In this document: positions 26,501-41,362 of the stretch, in pieces
Numbering within the stretch: the stretch's first letter is position 1
Layout of the letters: every line of letters begins with the position of its first letter
Origin: Girardia tigrina
Lineage: Eukaryota
DNA length: 64,000 nt
Assembly (NCBI GenBank): GCA_001938485.1
Contig: MQRK01243668.1
Span: forward strand, 1 to 64,000
Reading direction: 5' to 3'
The notes under the pieces: model-generated
What the model saw: the letters and a program-made list of their open reading frames with translations, nothing else
What the model was told of the DNA's origin: nothing
Databases searched by the model: none
Program-made: the position numbers and the translations under genes

Positions 26501-28312
26501 ATGGATGTTTCAAAGGTATGACAAAGAATCTTGGTCTCAATGAACAAAACTAATACAAAATTTTCATGCTTGGATTTCATTTCAAATTGGGTTTTTATAT
26601 AAAATATAGAAGAAATTCATTAATACGGACTTTTATGCACCATAAAAATAATCAATGTTATCCAAAAATAAAAGAATGTCATTGTTTTGTAATTAAATAA
26701 AATTATTTTGAGTAAATTTATATGTTAATGGTTATTCGTTATAAGTCGATTTTTAAAAAATTAAAAAAATAACATTATTTAGTACAATGGAAACTTATAA
26801 ATATTGTTTATAGTAACTGTTTAACTGAAAAATTATAAAGTTGCTGTTAATCTTTTTCTTCTATCATTATCATAATCCCATATAAATCTAATTAAGATAT
26901 AAGTTAACTATTCATTATGAGTGATAGAGAAGTAAAAGAAATGTTTTCCGTAAATGAGTTTGCTTGGCAATTATCAAATTATTCGTTTTTCCCCTCCTAT
27001 CTGACTGGAAATAAAATTATTCTATTCAAAGGTTTTTTAGTAAAATTTCAAGATATTGTTGGATGTAACTACGACTCCTCTGCTTTGCTTTCTGTCATAT
27101 TATAGAAAAGTATATGTAACATAAGATGGAAAATGAAAACGTGGATTTTTTTGTTTTGCGTAATATTTTAATTATTATATTGATCTTTCTTTGATCTCTC
27201 ATAATTTCCTTAACTTTTAAAAATAGTTTTAATCACCATAGGAAATTATTTGTGATTATCTTTAATTAGGTAATTTTCAATGTAAAAATAATAGAAATAT
27301 CAATCATTTTTACAAATAAGAAAAATAATAATTTCATAAAATATAATGTAATAGTATTACATTTCAGTTTAGCATGGTTTATTGCAAACATTAGAATATA
27401 ATAAATAAAACTTTTCTAAATTAATAATACACTTTAACACAATGATTTAAATTAAAAAAATTATTGAAAATTGGGGTGATCGAAAATTAAACAAAAAAAC
27501 ATGACAATTGTTTTTATAATATTTTATGGCACAATTTTAAATGAAATAAATCATTTTGTGTTTTGAATAAAAATTATGAACGTTCCTTTTTTTAAATTTT
27601 CGATCAATATTGAATATTAATCGTCGTTCGGATGTTTTTACCCGATACTGATATTGACGGAAACCGCACCATGCAGCGCCGGCTCCAATCGGTCGGATCT
27701 CGTGCTCCATCGCCTCGCACAATTTAGCGACGCATGACGGATCCCCACAGTCTCGCTGGTCACACACTCGGGCACTGGTGACACTCAGTATAATAAGACA
27801 TTTGACCAATGCAAAACAATCAAACACCGACAAAATACATGTCAAACCTGATACAGTTGAGAGAACACAACGTTCTCTCAGATTTCCATTTGGTCAGACA
27901 TTTCAGTCGAATTGCATCGATGAGATTTCGGATTGTTTTGGATTTGATGGAAAGGCTAAAATTGAGTTGATTGCATTGAGTGTGAGAAGTTTCATCTCAA
28001 AGATTAACTTTTGGTGTGCTGTTGGTTGTCATCTTTATCATATGTCTCTGTTACCTTGCAAAGTACGGAACGATATAGAAAACATATCGTTTTCTCAAAT
28101 GGCAAATGATAGCTGCCAATGGTTGGTTTGCGAGAATGAGATTGATTGCATTTAGTGCATTTCTCTTAATTTTAAGGAAAAGGGAAATAAAATTATTTTC
28201 ATCCAATAATTTATTGGATAAATTTTATTTATTTTCGGCTGATGATGGGATTATTATTCTCTCGAAATGCGTCGTCTTATTTTTATCCCTATTATATAGA
28301 TTTTACTTTACA

Positions 28313-28376
<64 letters not shown>

Positions 28377-29372
28377 ATGTGTGTATTTACAAGCGGGACT
28401 TTCAATAAGTAATTACACACGACAAAAATGCCACTTTCATAAAATGTATTTGTAGGTAAGGAAAATGGGTTTTGTTTTTCTAAACTATTTATATATCTAA
28501 AGCAATTTATCTATTTAATTATTTCGTTAGAACATGTCAGATAACGTCTAATTTCAAAGTGATTTAAAGTTTTGCTTCTAAAATAAAGTAGCAGCCAAAA
28601 ACGCTTTTCACAACTGCAGAACATTTACAAGAATAAGGGTTCTTGTTAGGAACACTGACACAATTATCTTTTCAGCATTTGTTATTACAACAATGAGAGT
28701 TGTCTTCGTGACTGCTCCCGGAATATTGTTCATAATTTCGAATTCAAATTGGTTAAATTATTTGTCTGATTTTTAATGAAATTAATAAGAATACGCCTTT
28801 TATTTAACTTCAATATTTATTATTTAGTTTATTTATGAAAACTATTTATTAAATATCATTATAGAGAAATATTTTTAAATATTTAAACATAATTATTTAA
28901 ATTTTATCAGATTATTAATTACAACAATTTTAAAAGCGATCTCCTGTGTAGATTCTCTCCTTAGAAAACATTACTTAATCAAAACTTGAGTAGAGACCCT
29001 GCTTTTCTAGAGTCGTATGTATCAGTGCCAAAATAAGTATGTACGCCTTTATAATACAGCTGCGGAAAGATTTTCAGTCATTCTTGACAATGCACTATAG
29101 TGTTCTCTCTGAAATACCATATTCTTTGACCATCTGCTCTTTCTTCTTGATTTTCACCTTCTTCTTAGCTACGTACCCTTTCTAGGATCTTTTCAATGTG
29201 TCCTGTTTCCTTGAGCAGTTTGACAATTGACACAATCTTTCCTGTCTCAATTTGACTATAATCCGACGATACTGATGTATTTCATGAAATAAATAACACT
29301 TTTTTTTTCAGAAAATCGCGGAATATTCTAGAAAGTGTTGTACAATTAATGTATTAATACAAAAGCTTTGAA

Positions 29373-29612
29373 AATTCAAGGATTCCAAACAAGTCGAAAA
29401 AACAACTCTTTATTTATTATACACCTTCTAAAAGGAAAATTAAAAAACTAACAAATTTAGGTTTTATTTCTGGATCTTTGTGGTGCTGAAAGATCCTGCA
29501 CCACAAAGATCCAGAAATAAAACTTAAATTTGTTAGTTTTTTTAATTTTCCTTTTAGAAGGTGTATAATAAATAAAGAGTTGTTTTTTCGACTTGTTTGG
29601 AATCCTTGAATT
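29373..29612. repeat. near-perfect palindrome (~114-bp arms, 11-nt loop)
   Basis: Arms 29373-29486 and 29498-29612 differ by one substitution and one indel. Confidence 0.95.
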
Positions 29613-30983
29613 AATACACAGTTTCAGAACCTTTATCTTAAAAATAATTTTATAAAAAGAAATAAAAAATGGCTTTCGGTCCACACATACGCGAATTTCG
29701 CCTTTGTAATCTACGAATTATTTTCCCGTAAATATTTCATCATAATATTGTATAAAATAAATAAATTTTTTATTAGAAAACCTTTTTTTAAATTTATGAT
29801 AAAATATCTACAAAATAAATATCTTAAAAATATCTACAAAAATATATACAAATAAATATTTACGTGGTAAATAAGTTTTCACACACAAATTTAAAATACG
29901 AAAATGAAGAACATTTATTTATCATTTTAATTAATTACTTTCTCTAACGACAAAATTCCGAATTTATCGAAATGATAATTAAATAAACTAAAATATACAA
30001 AGATATTCATATATAAAATGGTTTTCCTTTATTCTTTTCTAGGGGAAGACGACTTTATCCGTCTTCTCTTCACAAAAATCTGTAAACAAGAAGAATAAAC
30101 AATGAGAATAAAATATTTACAAATATTTTCCATTTATTTCATGACAAAAGATTGTGTCAAAATTATTGTCAACAAATGTAATGATAAAACGAATGGATAT
30201 TTCGTGATCCAAAAATAATTTTTTAGGTGAAATTTATTATTCAAGTAGACATTTTTTAGATAAATTTATCGAATTTTGAATTAAAAAATAAACGTAATTA
30301 TTTTCGTTATTCTAAAGTAATTGTTTATGAAATAAATAAAAATATAAATATAAATAACACTTAAAGGATTTTCACTACATTCATTGACATCACAACTCGA
30401 AATACCTTCACGTCACTTCTTCACAAAACTTTCGTAATTATACATCGTTCTTCATTCATAAACTTTAATTCTATTTCTATTTATTCGATATAATTTCAAT
30501 TACAATATAATTTAAAATTTAAGTTAAAAATATTTTAAAATTATTTTCAAAGATATTTATTATTATTTTAAATATATTGATCCGCCCGACCTTCAGGTCA
30601 CCCAGAGAATCGGACGGAGGTAGCAGGGTTGCGCAGGGAAATTCTGTTCATCAGTTGCTGGGCCCATTTATTGAGAAATGAATGAAAAATAACGTTTATC
30701 GAATTCGATTTGTCGTTAAATCTTTCGATTCTTTCACAGAATATTTTAACCATTTCAGTATCGATTTTCGAATTGATTGATCATACAGAAACACTGTGCC
30801 GTTTATTTGATTATTTTTATTTAAATTTTGATCTAAAATCGATTCGAGTTTGATAATATCGACGAGAAGAATAGGTGCATCATTTAATGTTTTTGTAATT
30901 TTAATATTTGCGGTCTTTTTTTAACATTGCGATTAGCATAATTCAGCATCCAGAAAAGAATTCCTTTTTTTAATCAATTCAGA

Positions 30984-31105
30984 ACGATATTAAATCACGT
31001 ACCAACTTTATTTTTATCAATAATCAAAAACACTATCGTTTTTACGATATTAAATCACGTACCAACTTTATTTTTATCAATAATCAAAAACACTATCGTT
31101 TTTAC
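30984..31105 (+). repeat. perfect 60-bp tandem duplication
   Basis: ACGATATTAAATCACGTACC...CTATCGTTTTT occurs twice head to tail. Confidence 0.95.
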
Positions 31106-31326
31106 AAGTTCATCAATTTACTTCAGGTTAACAAAAAACTCAAGGTCATAATTTTAATAATAATCATAATAACTAAATATGTAAAATAACTTCAAAATGA
31201 TAAAAAATAATGAATTAATTTTCCATTTCAATTTTATTTGATTTTCTTTTGATATTTGATGTGAAATTGTTTTTATTTTGATTTGATTTGAAATATATTT
31301 GAAACGAACATATAATAATGATAATA

Positions 31327-32688
31327 TTGGGTTGTTGCATAAGTTCCCCGCCGTTACATGAAATTATTTGTCCTACAATGACTGATTGATGTTTGGCAAA
31401 GTGTTATATACCATTAGAAAGCCCGTGCCATGCTCTACAAGATTAAAGTAATCATTTTTGCCTATATTATTTTTGTCTTTTTTTAGAGCTGTCAAATGGA
31501 TTGTAAGGTCGACAAAAAATCGCATTTTCGACACTTCCTTCTTTTCGCCTTTAATCGAGGTCAAAAAGCGAGTGAAGCTACCAGGGATATTGTGCTGTGT
31601 ATGGAGAGGACGCTATACCTGAGAGAACTGCTCGGGATTCGTTTGCCAGGTTCAAACACGATAATTTCGACCTCAATGACGCTCCTCGTTTCGGAAGACC
31701 AGTCGAGATGGATGATGACCAACTCGGGGATCTTTTGAAGGAAAATGGCCGCCAGACATGCAGAGAATTGGCCTAAAAGATGAATTTTGATTTTGCGACA
31801 ATTTCACGCCACTTTCAGTCGATGGGTTTCACTCCAAAGCTTGGAGCTTGGGTCCCGCACGAACTCACCCAAAAACAGAAGGATAAGTGGATTTCCATTG
31901 CTGCTCAAAATCTCGCTCGACACCAAGGAACCCATGGCCACAGGCAACGTTTATTATACAGAATCGTCACTGGAGACGAGAAATGGTGTCTCTATGTGAA
32001 TATGAAGCAAAGGAAAGAGTGGGTGAGTCCTGGAGAGAAGCCTAAGCCCAGGATCAAGAAAGACCTGAACCCGATGAAGACAATGATTTGCGTATGGTGG
32101 GATTGGGAAGGTCTAATTTACTGGTAAATGTTTGGAAAGAACATGACAGTAGAAAAGAATCTCTATAAAGCCCAATTGCATCGATTCAATGAGGCAATTC
32201 AACAAAAAAGACCGGATCGACAATGATCCTCCAGGTGATCCTCCTCCATGACAATGCTCGATCACACACCGCAAAAACTGTCAAGATGTCACTCAAAGAG
32301 CTCGGTTGGGAGGTCCTTCAACATCCTCCCTATTCCCCAGATCTCGCTCCGACGGATTACCATCTCTTCCGCTGCCTTTCAAATGAAAAGAGAGGTCTTA
32401 GCTTCGAAAATCAGGATCATCTTGAGAATTGGCTCAACAACTTCATCGAGACTCGATCTAAGAGTTTTTAGCGAAATGGAATCAACAAACTGGTGGAAAG
32501 ATGGGAAGAAGTAATAAACAATGAAGGAGAGTACATAATTGATTGAAGTGTTATTATATTTGCTGTTAAAATTTTATGATTCCATTAAATATATAATTAA
32601 CTGAGTCATTATTTTGCTTGTTAAAATTCTTTGATTTCTTTGAAAATAAATGTTTAAAAAACGGCGGGAGTTTAATGCAACAACTAAA
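31327..32688 (+). mobile_element. full-length, inactivated mariner (DD34D) transposon
   Basis: TIRs TTGGGTTGTTGCATAAGTTCCCCGCCGTT / AACGGCGGGAGTTTAATGCAACAACTAAA with TA flanks. Transposase 31496-32545 contains WVPHEL, TGDEKW, HDNARSH and YSPDLAPTDYHLF, interrupted by frameshifts and stops. Confidence 0.95.
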
Positions 32689-33379
32689 TAATTTAATTTA
32701 AAAAACAAAAATATAACAATTAAAATGTTCGACTCCCGAACATATATTATTTATGATCAAAATATTACTATATATTTATTGATTAAAGTATAATATCTTA
32801 ATTTTAAAGTTGTTATTTACATTTTTTTAACTGTTAATGTAATCCGACGTTTCAATACTATCTTCCTAAAAACAACACACGAAACACAACATACAATAAA
32901 CACCATTCGAAAATATTCCTCATAATAAATGTACATATAATGCATAAAATGTGTTTTTCGTGATCTTCAACATCTTTTTTATCTTGTTTAAAAATAATTT
33001 TAAAGTTATTGACTTAAAATTTTTGAAGAATAACTTCAAATAAATCATGTTTAGAGTGTCCCGCATATTATTTCATTTGTTTCATCAATAACGACCTTGC
33101 GCATAGGGGCTCTAAACAAAAAGAAAATAAAATATGGATTTTAATACCACACAAATGTGAATCTCGCTTTTATAATTTGCAAATTATTTACGTTAAATAT
33201 TTAATCACTATAATGCTGCGAGCATTAATATTTGAATATTTGCCTCAATTTATTAGAATTTATTAAATTTAAATTTGAATTGGTTTTTATAGTGAATATT
33301 GTCCTAATTAAAGTTTGGAGTTTAAACGGATGTTAAGATATATGAGTTATTATAAACTGTTGTTTATGGTGAAACCTTT

Positions 33380-34200
33380 AGTTTATGAAGAGTATAGCAA
33401 CTGCCAAAGGAATTCAAAGGCGGTTGAGAGTCTGTAGAAGGTGCCAGGTAGATGAAAGTATTGCGAGAGTGAACGAACTGGTAAATTAAAATAACCTTAT
33501 ATCTCGTCGAAAGATAAAATAGACTACTGGAATACATAAAACTGTTATTGATAGAACTATAACTGAAGAATTAGATATGACAAGCATTACTGCAAAATGG
33601 ATTCTTTATCAGCTGTCCAGAAAATAAATCGCTGTCAGAATAAATAGTGTTAAAATTTGTGAATGGTCGTATTAAGCTTTCATGAAAAGAGGCACAAAAG
33701 AGAGATTGTATTTATTTAGGATGAGAATTGGATTTAAGTTATTTCCATTACAGAACACTGTTGCAATGGATTTCGATTGATTGTGATGGAACACTCAAAA
33801 ACTGACGGTAATACGAAAATCCAAATTACAATAAAATTTCTAATTATGGTAGCGCTGAATTTTATTAGTGGTTTTTATATTGAAATACTGGAAGATGGAG
33901 GGTCGATAAATGTTGACGGATATATTAATTTCATGAATATGTTTTTTGAACTACGTAACAGGGATGTGCCTAGTGAACATGTCTTATGGATTCATGAGAA
34001 CATCTGACTCCACACTGCAGCTGCTACAGTTTATCTCCAAGATTTAGTATTTAATAGAGTGCCTCAAAGCTCATATTTTCAAAATTTCAATTTGCTTGAC
34101 CGATGTATTTTTAAAACATGGAGCAGCATAGGAGAAGTATAGATTTTTGCAACGTCTAACAACTGCTCAATTGAACAAGGAATTTTACTGTTTACTGTTA
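33380..34200 (+). pseudogene. highly degenerate Tc1/mariner transposase
   Basis: Eroded motifs in the correct order: AKWIL.QL, DENW, IHENI*LH, PQSSYFQNFNLLD. Confidence 0.55.
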
Positions 34201-35696
34201 TAAAAGACTGTTATAAAAAGACTAATATAAAATCGTTGAGGCCGAAATATATTATCAAAATAAATATATGATTAATATCATTATCCAAATTCTGTGGACG
34301 GAGATATGCCAGAAACCGCATATGTCGACCAGCAGCCTTAACTAGAATCGCCGTTACAAGTCTTACTAACTTATCAACATTAATAAACGTTTTACACCAC
34401 TCTTCTCCAACTATGTTCAGAATATGACCGATGCAAGTGACGTGAATAGATTTTATGAGAAACCGAGAGAAATCTCGAAGCGCCTTAACTCTAAGATTCT
34501 GTTATTCTAATCTGTATTCAAATAATGTCCTTAAATCCACATTCGATATTGTTGGTCCACAATATCCAGAAAGTTTTCTTATGATAGTAAAGGATAGTAA
34601 AAAAAGATAGTAAAGTATGAGAGTAATCAGATAGTAAATCCAAAAACTGAAACCGAGTTATTGTTAAATTCTTCAGTGATTTATTGTGTTTCTCAAATTA
34701 ATTAAAAATAAAAATAATTTTTAAAATTACAATTAAATTTTTAATAACAACGCCTAATTTTCTCAATTTCTTGTTTATATAACAATAAATTATATTAGAT
34801 TTTTATTTATTTAAATTTCCAACTTATTTGCTTTAAATTTCAAACATATTTCTTTATTATTAAAAAATTGGTGGAATAAATCTTTGATTTTATAAACTTT
34901 CATGTCCAAAAATTAATTAATTTTCAGGACTCAAAATCCCCACTCTCTTTGAAAAAAACCTTATTTTTTGGATTATAGGGACATAAACCGTATTTCACAG
35001 ACCCGGCTAACTGAATTAGAAATCAGTACAAAACTTTTCGTTTTAAAATTTTCTAAACGGATAAAATAGTTTTAGATTTATACATAATTCGACAAATAGA
35101 ATGCACAAATACACATGGAAAAATGCTTCTCTTAACTGGTCAGACATTTTGCTATCTGGTTTGGTTTGATCCGAAAACTCTTGACTTTTACACTCGAAAT
35201 CGCGATGAAATCGCTAAACATAGCTATCGATAATCAGTCAAACTCTAAAAATCAACATAGTCTAACCGATAATAAAACCTCTTTTCGAAAGGAACTCATA
35301 AAAAAAGAAATTATTATTCCATTCATTAAAACAAATTCAAAAGAGTAGTAATAGACAATTTTTTAATTCAATTTCTCTGAACCAAGTTTTCACATTCAAA
35401 TGAGTGACAATCACATATACATTCATCCAGACAAAACATGCTCAACGATTGTCGAAATCTAAATTCATTTATTTTAACATATATTCACACACACAACCAT
35501 TGAATACTAAATAAAGAGTGATAGAAACATAGACAAACACCCTTGTTCGATATTATCCAAACTTTGATAAATCCCTCTCATATCGGCCCTGACCGTGGAC
35601 ATATTTAAGGATTCAATTATGAAAAGCTTATCAAAGATTAAATTAAACATTTTTGTACAGAAAATCAATTGGGTAGAGATATCAGAATGATCGGAT

Positions 35697-36900
35697 AGTA
35701 GGGGGAAAATGGGCATTCTCCCCACAAAACCCACCGAAGGGCGTTACCCGTTACCATGGCAACGATTTCGGTTACCATAGAAACGGTTCAGACTCACTTG
35801 AAAACGCTTAACATTGGTTACCGGTACCCTAGCAACAGTAGCGATTACCAAAAAAACGCTTCTGATTGGTCAGTAATCCCATTGAAATTGTCGCGATCAC
35901 CATAACAACAGTTCCGAACAACATAGCCTAGGAAGCATCGGTTCCGATCACCCTAACAACGGTAACTAAGGTCTTAGTTACCATAGCAACGGTAACCAAG
36001 GGACATTTTCATTAAGAACGGATACAGTGATTCAATTCGGTTGTAACTATGGTAATGGTTACCGTATCCATAGCAACCGTAGAAAAAAGTTCTAATCGAT
36101 CACTGCACAGTGCAAATATTTGCTAATCGATAATGCACATTGTACCGAACATTTTTAATGTGCTAGCACAGTGCTTTTTAAGTTGCACATGTGCAAAAGT
36201 GTAAAAATCAATACATAAATTTTTTTTAAAAATGCTAGTGTCAAAAATCGATATCATGTGTTTGATGCACATTTTGATTCTATATCTGAATGTACAATTA
36301 TAAATTTCCTATATTAATTACTTTTTCCTATAATTAGCATAATGTGTATATTTACACAAAATGCACATTGATTTTAGAGGTACAAGGAAGCAGAATATCA
36401 AAAATATGCTGATGCATTTGAATAGAAACCCATATACGTACATTCAGATTCCATGTCAACATTTTCGAAAAACATTTCGAATATTTCTGAAATTCTCAAA
36501 AAAGTCCTTAAAAATCAATTTTTTCGTATATATATATGAAACCCATGTGTTATATGTATGTTATTTACCATCAAACAATACCACATGAATCACCTAATGT
36601 ACTCCATCAACAATCACAAGTACCTTTGTTACCATAACCAAGATAAATAACCATTTATCTTATATGTAAAAACTACATGTGTAAAACTCATATTATACTT
36701 AAAACGGGCATAGATATTATATATAACATCTATATAATCTGCTAAAGTACATGAACCGAGGCATCAACTATTAAAGAATCTTGATACATGACCTTATAAA
36801 AATCTATAATACACTTAAAACATGCATGGGCTTTCTTGACAACAAACATAACAACATGTCATTATTATGCATTCATCATGCATTTGTTATGCATTCATCA
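35697..36900 (+). repeat. left TIR (~1.2 kb) of the Maverick
   Basis: Reverse-complement match to ~41680-42848 throughout, e.g. GTGTCAAAAATCGATATCATGTGTTTGATGCACATTTTG. Inner boundary approximate. Confidence 0.9.
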
Positions 36901-37084
36901 TGGCAACATAATGCACAGTTGAAAATTTTATATCTTATATCTTAAATATTTTGATATTATATATTTTATATGTCATATTTTATATGTTATATATAATAAA
37001 AGTTATTCTTTATATGGTTTTGAAGGTAGACATGTATGACATGATTTTTATGACAAACATTTATGTAGATGACATTTCAGATAA

Positions 37085-37136
<52 letters not shown>

Positions 37137-37689
37137 ATATATACAAGGTTTTGAATGAAGATATATATTCAGAACCATAAATTTTAAACACAACATAAAT
37201 AGTTACAAAAGTCATTGAATATGTATACAAATTGATAGTTTTCAACAAACAACTGAACAGGATAATAAATCTGAAATGTCACATTGGTCAGATATCAGTC
37301 TTTGACATGTTTTCTTCAATATCAGGTTTAGTTCTGATTCGGGCGCCATTTGTTGCATCTCTATTTTACGAACGTTTTCTAGGAGGTCCGTCGTTATGTT
37401 TTTTATGACCTAGATTCATCTCTTCTAATCTCTCGGCCATCATAGAATATATCGAAGAGATCGACTGTTGGAGCGTTTCTATCATCGGTGGGAATGGTTG
37501 GATTTTCCGATTGATATTCGGTGTTGATGAGGGAGGGAACAATAATAAACCTTCCATGAATTCACAGTTGATTGCCGACATTGCGTTCAGTGTCTACGGT
37601 AAGGTTAGTTTTTATGAATAATAAATAATTTTTTACCTGAATATTTATCATTAATTTTATTGCTGCCCTGAGCTCCTCATACCTGATGA

Positions 37690-40600
37690 TGCAAAGAATT
37701 TAGCTGGATTCACATTGGATACATTTTTCCAGCATGAGGTACATGTTATAATCTTTCAGGATTTGAAACCTTATGTCTGTATATTTCAACATTGCTGCAA
37801 ATTCATACCTCGTGATGTAAATAAATGAGCTGGATTCAACTTGTGGCTCTTAAATGTCACATCCCGAAAGCTCTCAAAGACATCCGTAAGAAGCAGCACA
37901 TCTATTTGGAGATATACATCACTATATTCCCCAAGTTTTTGGCATTTGAAAGCTTGACAGAGATTTTGTGCATGTTGATAATCAGCATCACTAAAGCCGG
38001 TGTCATTAAGCTTGTTGTAAAATGCCTCTTTTACTGGCAATGTTGTTTCATCCATCTATCTCCATGATGTTATGTAGTAATAGGGGAATGCTCCTTTCCT
38101 TTTGACCAAGTCAAATGTATTTCGGAAGAACTTTTTAGTTTCCTTCAGTTCATCTACTGGAAGATTCTAGACAAGGCTGTCTAGCAATGATGACATAAAC
38201 CGAAAACTATCGATGAATCGTAGCTTAATTCTGCCAACATGCTTGGTAAATGTGATATATTTTTCCTTACTATTTGGAATAACATCTATATTCCCTTCGA
38301 TTTTTCCCAGTTCTCTTACTATGAAATGGGAGTCATATCCACTAAGATTGTGGAATACAACAGGAATATTTGTAGATGTTTTACATCTTAAATTGCAGTT
38401 ATTACATGCTGCTCCTCGATATTTTTCTGTAAAATGACAATGGTCTTTGACTTTGTGATTGTCATCTGTGAATGGCTTTTCACACATGTAACATTGTGTT
38501 GCCTTTCTCAATTCACATTTTTCTTGCCATGTCATCTCCATATCTACCTTGTGTTGTTGCAATATGTCTTCAATTGTGTGGTCATAAGTCTCCATACGTT
38601 GCATAAAATGTTTCGCTGCATCTGGACCTCTGTATAGGAATGGCTCCTTGTGAATACCCAATACAGTGTGATGATAGCTCATGATATTAGTATGCTGTTG
38701 TAATGCTAAGTTATGGATACGGATTGTGTTTGATTTAAAAAGGGGGCGCTGTAATAAAGCTCAAAACAAAGTACCAAAAATGAAAAACTGAAAGAAATCG
38801 GAGCATCTTCATCGATCATTCCTAACGACAACCGAATTCGACCGATAACTCGCTTCTGCGAACGATCAACAAATTTCTATCGGAAAATGGACATAATTTT
38901 CCAGTTTATTCATGCCAAAAGATTTGTACTCAAAGAAATTGAAAGAGTTCAAATAAATTTGTCAAAATTTCAATGTCAGAATTTGGCATTTTCTACGAAT
39001 TCTTGAGTAAAGGAAAAAAAAGAAAACAGAAAAAATAATCAAATTTTATTCTGATGTAGAAACACCAAATTGACTTAACAAATGATTGAAGAAAAAATAA
39101 CATTTACATGATGTTTGATAAATGTAAAAAAATAATTACTTGTTATAATTAATTGTTGTTGGGTTTGGGAGAAAAATTGGAAATAATTATTGTGATTATT
39201 TTATTAGAAAAAAAATGTAAATTTCCGATTGTTAAAAATCGGTTTTTTTGTACAGTGATTACTTTTTTTAATGAAATTATATTTGCATGTAAAAAATTAA
39301 TTATGATAAAATCGATTTGTTTAAATCGATCAGTGATGATGTTTACTGTCGCGGAAATTGTGATCGATATCAATAAATAAATATTGAGATTATTTTTCTT
39401 GATATTCAAAAATTTCATCGATATGTCAGTTCCGAACGTTATTTATAACGTTAATGTAAAATCCAAATTCAAATTGTTCTTCAATGACGAATTATGTGAA
39501 ACGGGACCCAACGAATTAGTAAAAAAATCAACGAAGATAAAAAACGAAAAGAAGTCGCCCAAAAAGAGGCGAATGTCATCAAACAAAAGGAAATTCTTTT
39601 GTTCCGAAGTTATATCGCATTGCAAAACTATCGAGTTCCAATCGATGAGATCGATCCATCGAACTCGTCCACAGAATTATCGACTGTGAGATTATTGGCG
39701 GTATAAGATAGAAATGNNNNNNNNNNNNNNNNNNNNNNNNNNNNNNNNNNNNNNNNNNNNNNNNNNNNNNNNNNNNNNNNNNNNNNNNNNNNNNNNNNNN
39801 NNNNNNNNNNNNNNNNNNNNNNNNNNNNNNNNNNNNNNNNNNNACAATATATGATAATGGGAACTTTCTGCATCTTTTCATATTCTTTGAATTCGATATA
39901 ATCTTCCTTGGGAAATTCCGCTCTGATGCAATGATTGTTATTGCAATAGGCCTTGTGCTCTTTCAACTTTATTGCTGCATCATCTCCATTAAAATGTGTA
40001 AAGCATCGTTTACAAATCTCGATACTTCCATGATGTTTCGATATTTGGGATCTTAGAAGGCGCTCAAAGTTCTTGATCCATATAAAATGCTTCTTTTCTC
40101 CATCATCTAGCAATAGCAAATCCCGATGATCTTCTAATTCTTCCTTACATACAAGTAAGGAATAAAATGTTTCATTCTCCAAACCAAAGATATTGATTGA
40201 AACATTGTTGTGACTTGCAAATTTAGTGACTTCTTCCAGGCTCGGTGGGAATTTTATACAGTTGAAGTCATATGGGTACTGCAGATTGTTGTATATCCAT
40301 ACTAGTGATGCATGCTTTTGATCCTCAACAAATTTTGACATTATTTCATACTTGAAGCACATGTTGTCATCATGTGGACATACATGCCTTTTTCTTGACT
40401 ATCTATTCAGGAAGCGGAATGTAGAAGCTGCCTCTCATTGATGAACATGGATAATCATGATGCATGGATATCATGGATAATCATGATATTTACAGATGCC
40501 AGAGTCCATCAACTCTTCTTCTCCTAGCTCTCATCAGCTTCCTTTATTATATTGGTTTTTTCTTCATTGAGCCACTCTCAAATATCATTGGATTCTAACA

Positions 40601-41362
40601 TTGGTCTATTTTTGGTCTTGAAGGCTCTATTTGACAGTTCATTATCGATATTGATATATATAGCTTTAATAGGTTGACTTTAATAGCCTTTAGTTCAATC
40701 ATGCTGTCTTGTAGAATTTCCATGGTTTCCTTCTTGGAATATTCCAGAAACTCGTGAAGACTTGTAACCCTGCTGCCTAGGCTGTCTTGGCTATCCTGCC
40801 GAGCCTTGATAATATATTGACGTACCTTCTTATTCAATAAAACTTTATGAATTGGTCTTTGTCTTGAACCTTTTGATGGAACATTTATAATATTTGTATA
40901 ATTTACATGTTTTGATGGAATATTTGCAGCCTTGGATGTATTTGAAACAGGTATTTCCATTGGAACATTTGTAGCATTTACATATTTTAAGGGAAATTTT
41001 TCCGTATTTGAAACATTCTTCTCAATTGGGGCATTTGACACATTCTTCTCAATTAGTTCAATTGAAGCATTTAGTGGTGTGAGAACTGGATACGCTGATG
41101 ATTGGAAGATAGTCTTCTTGGACTTCACTGAAAAGGCGCACAAATGGTCCTCGTGACATTCACAAAATTGATGATAGTCACCACTACTTGCATTTTGACA
41201 AAATGGACATATATAATATTCACATCTATTGCATGCATGACTAAAGTAGCACCACATTGTATCATGACAATTTCGTGGATTGTAAACATTTGCCATGCAG
41301 CATATGTATAACGAACATTGTTCAATTTTCGTAGGAATTTTCTCTATAATAATCTTTGACAT
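37690..41362 (-). pseudogene. protein-primed family B DNA polymerase (pPolB), N-terminal/exonuclease part, fragmented
   Basis: Motifs in order: GSFYIPLP..KKA..CFKY, NNVSINIFG, HFIWIKNFERL, KVPIIIY, KVKDHCHFT..YRGAACNNCNL, FHNLSGYDSHF, FIDSFRFM..L..L, KRKGAFPY, Y...Y...DVLLL.DVFE.FR, LNPAH. Catalytic palm motifs are absent. Confidence 0.9.

Noticed and set aside
32840-32870. GAAACGTC hammerhead-like half on the minus strand
   Set aside because: CUGANGA core and stem II are missing.
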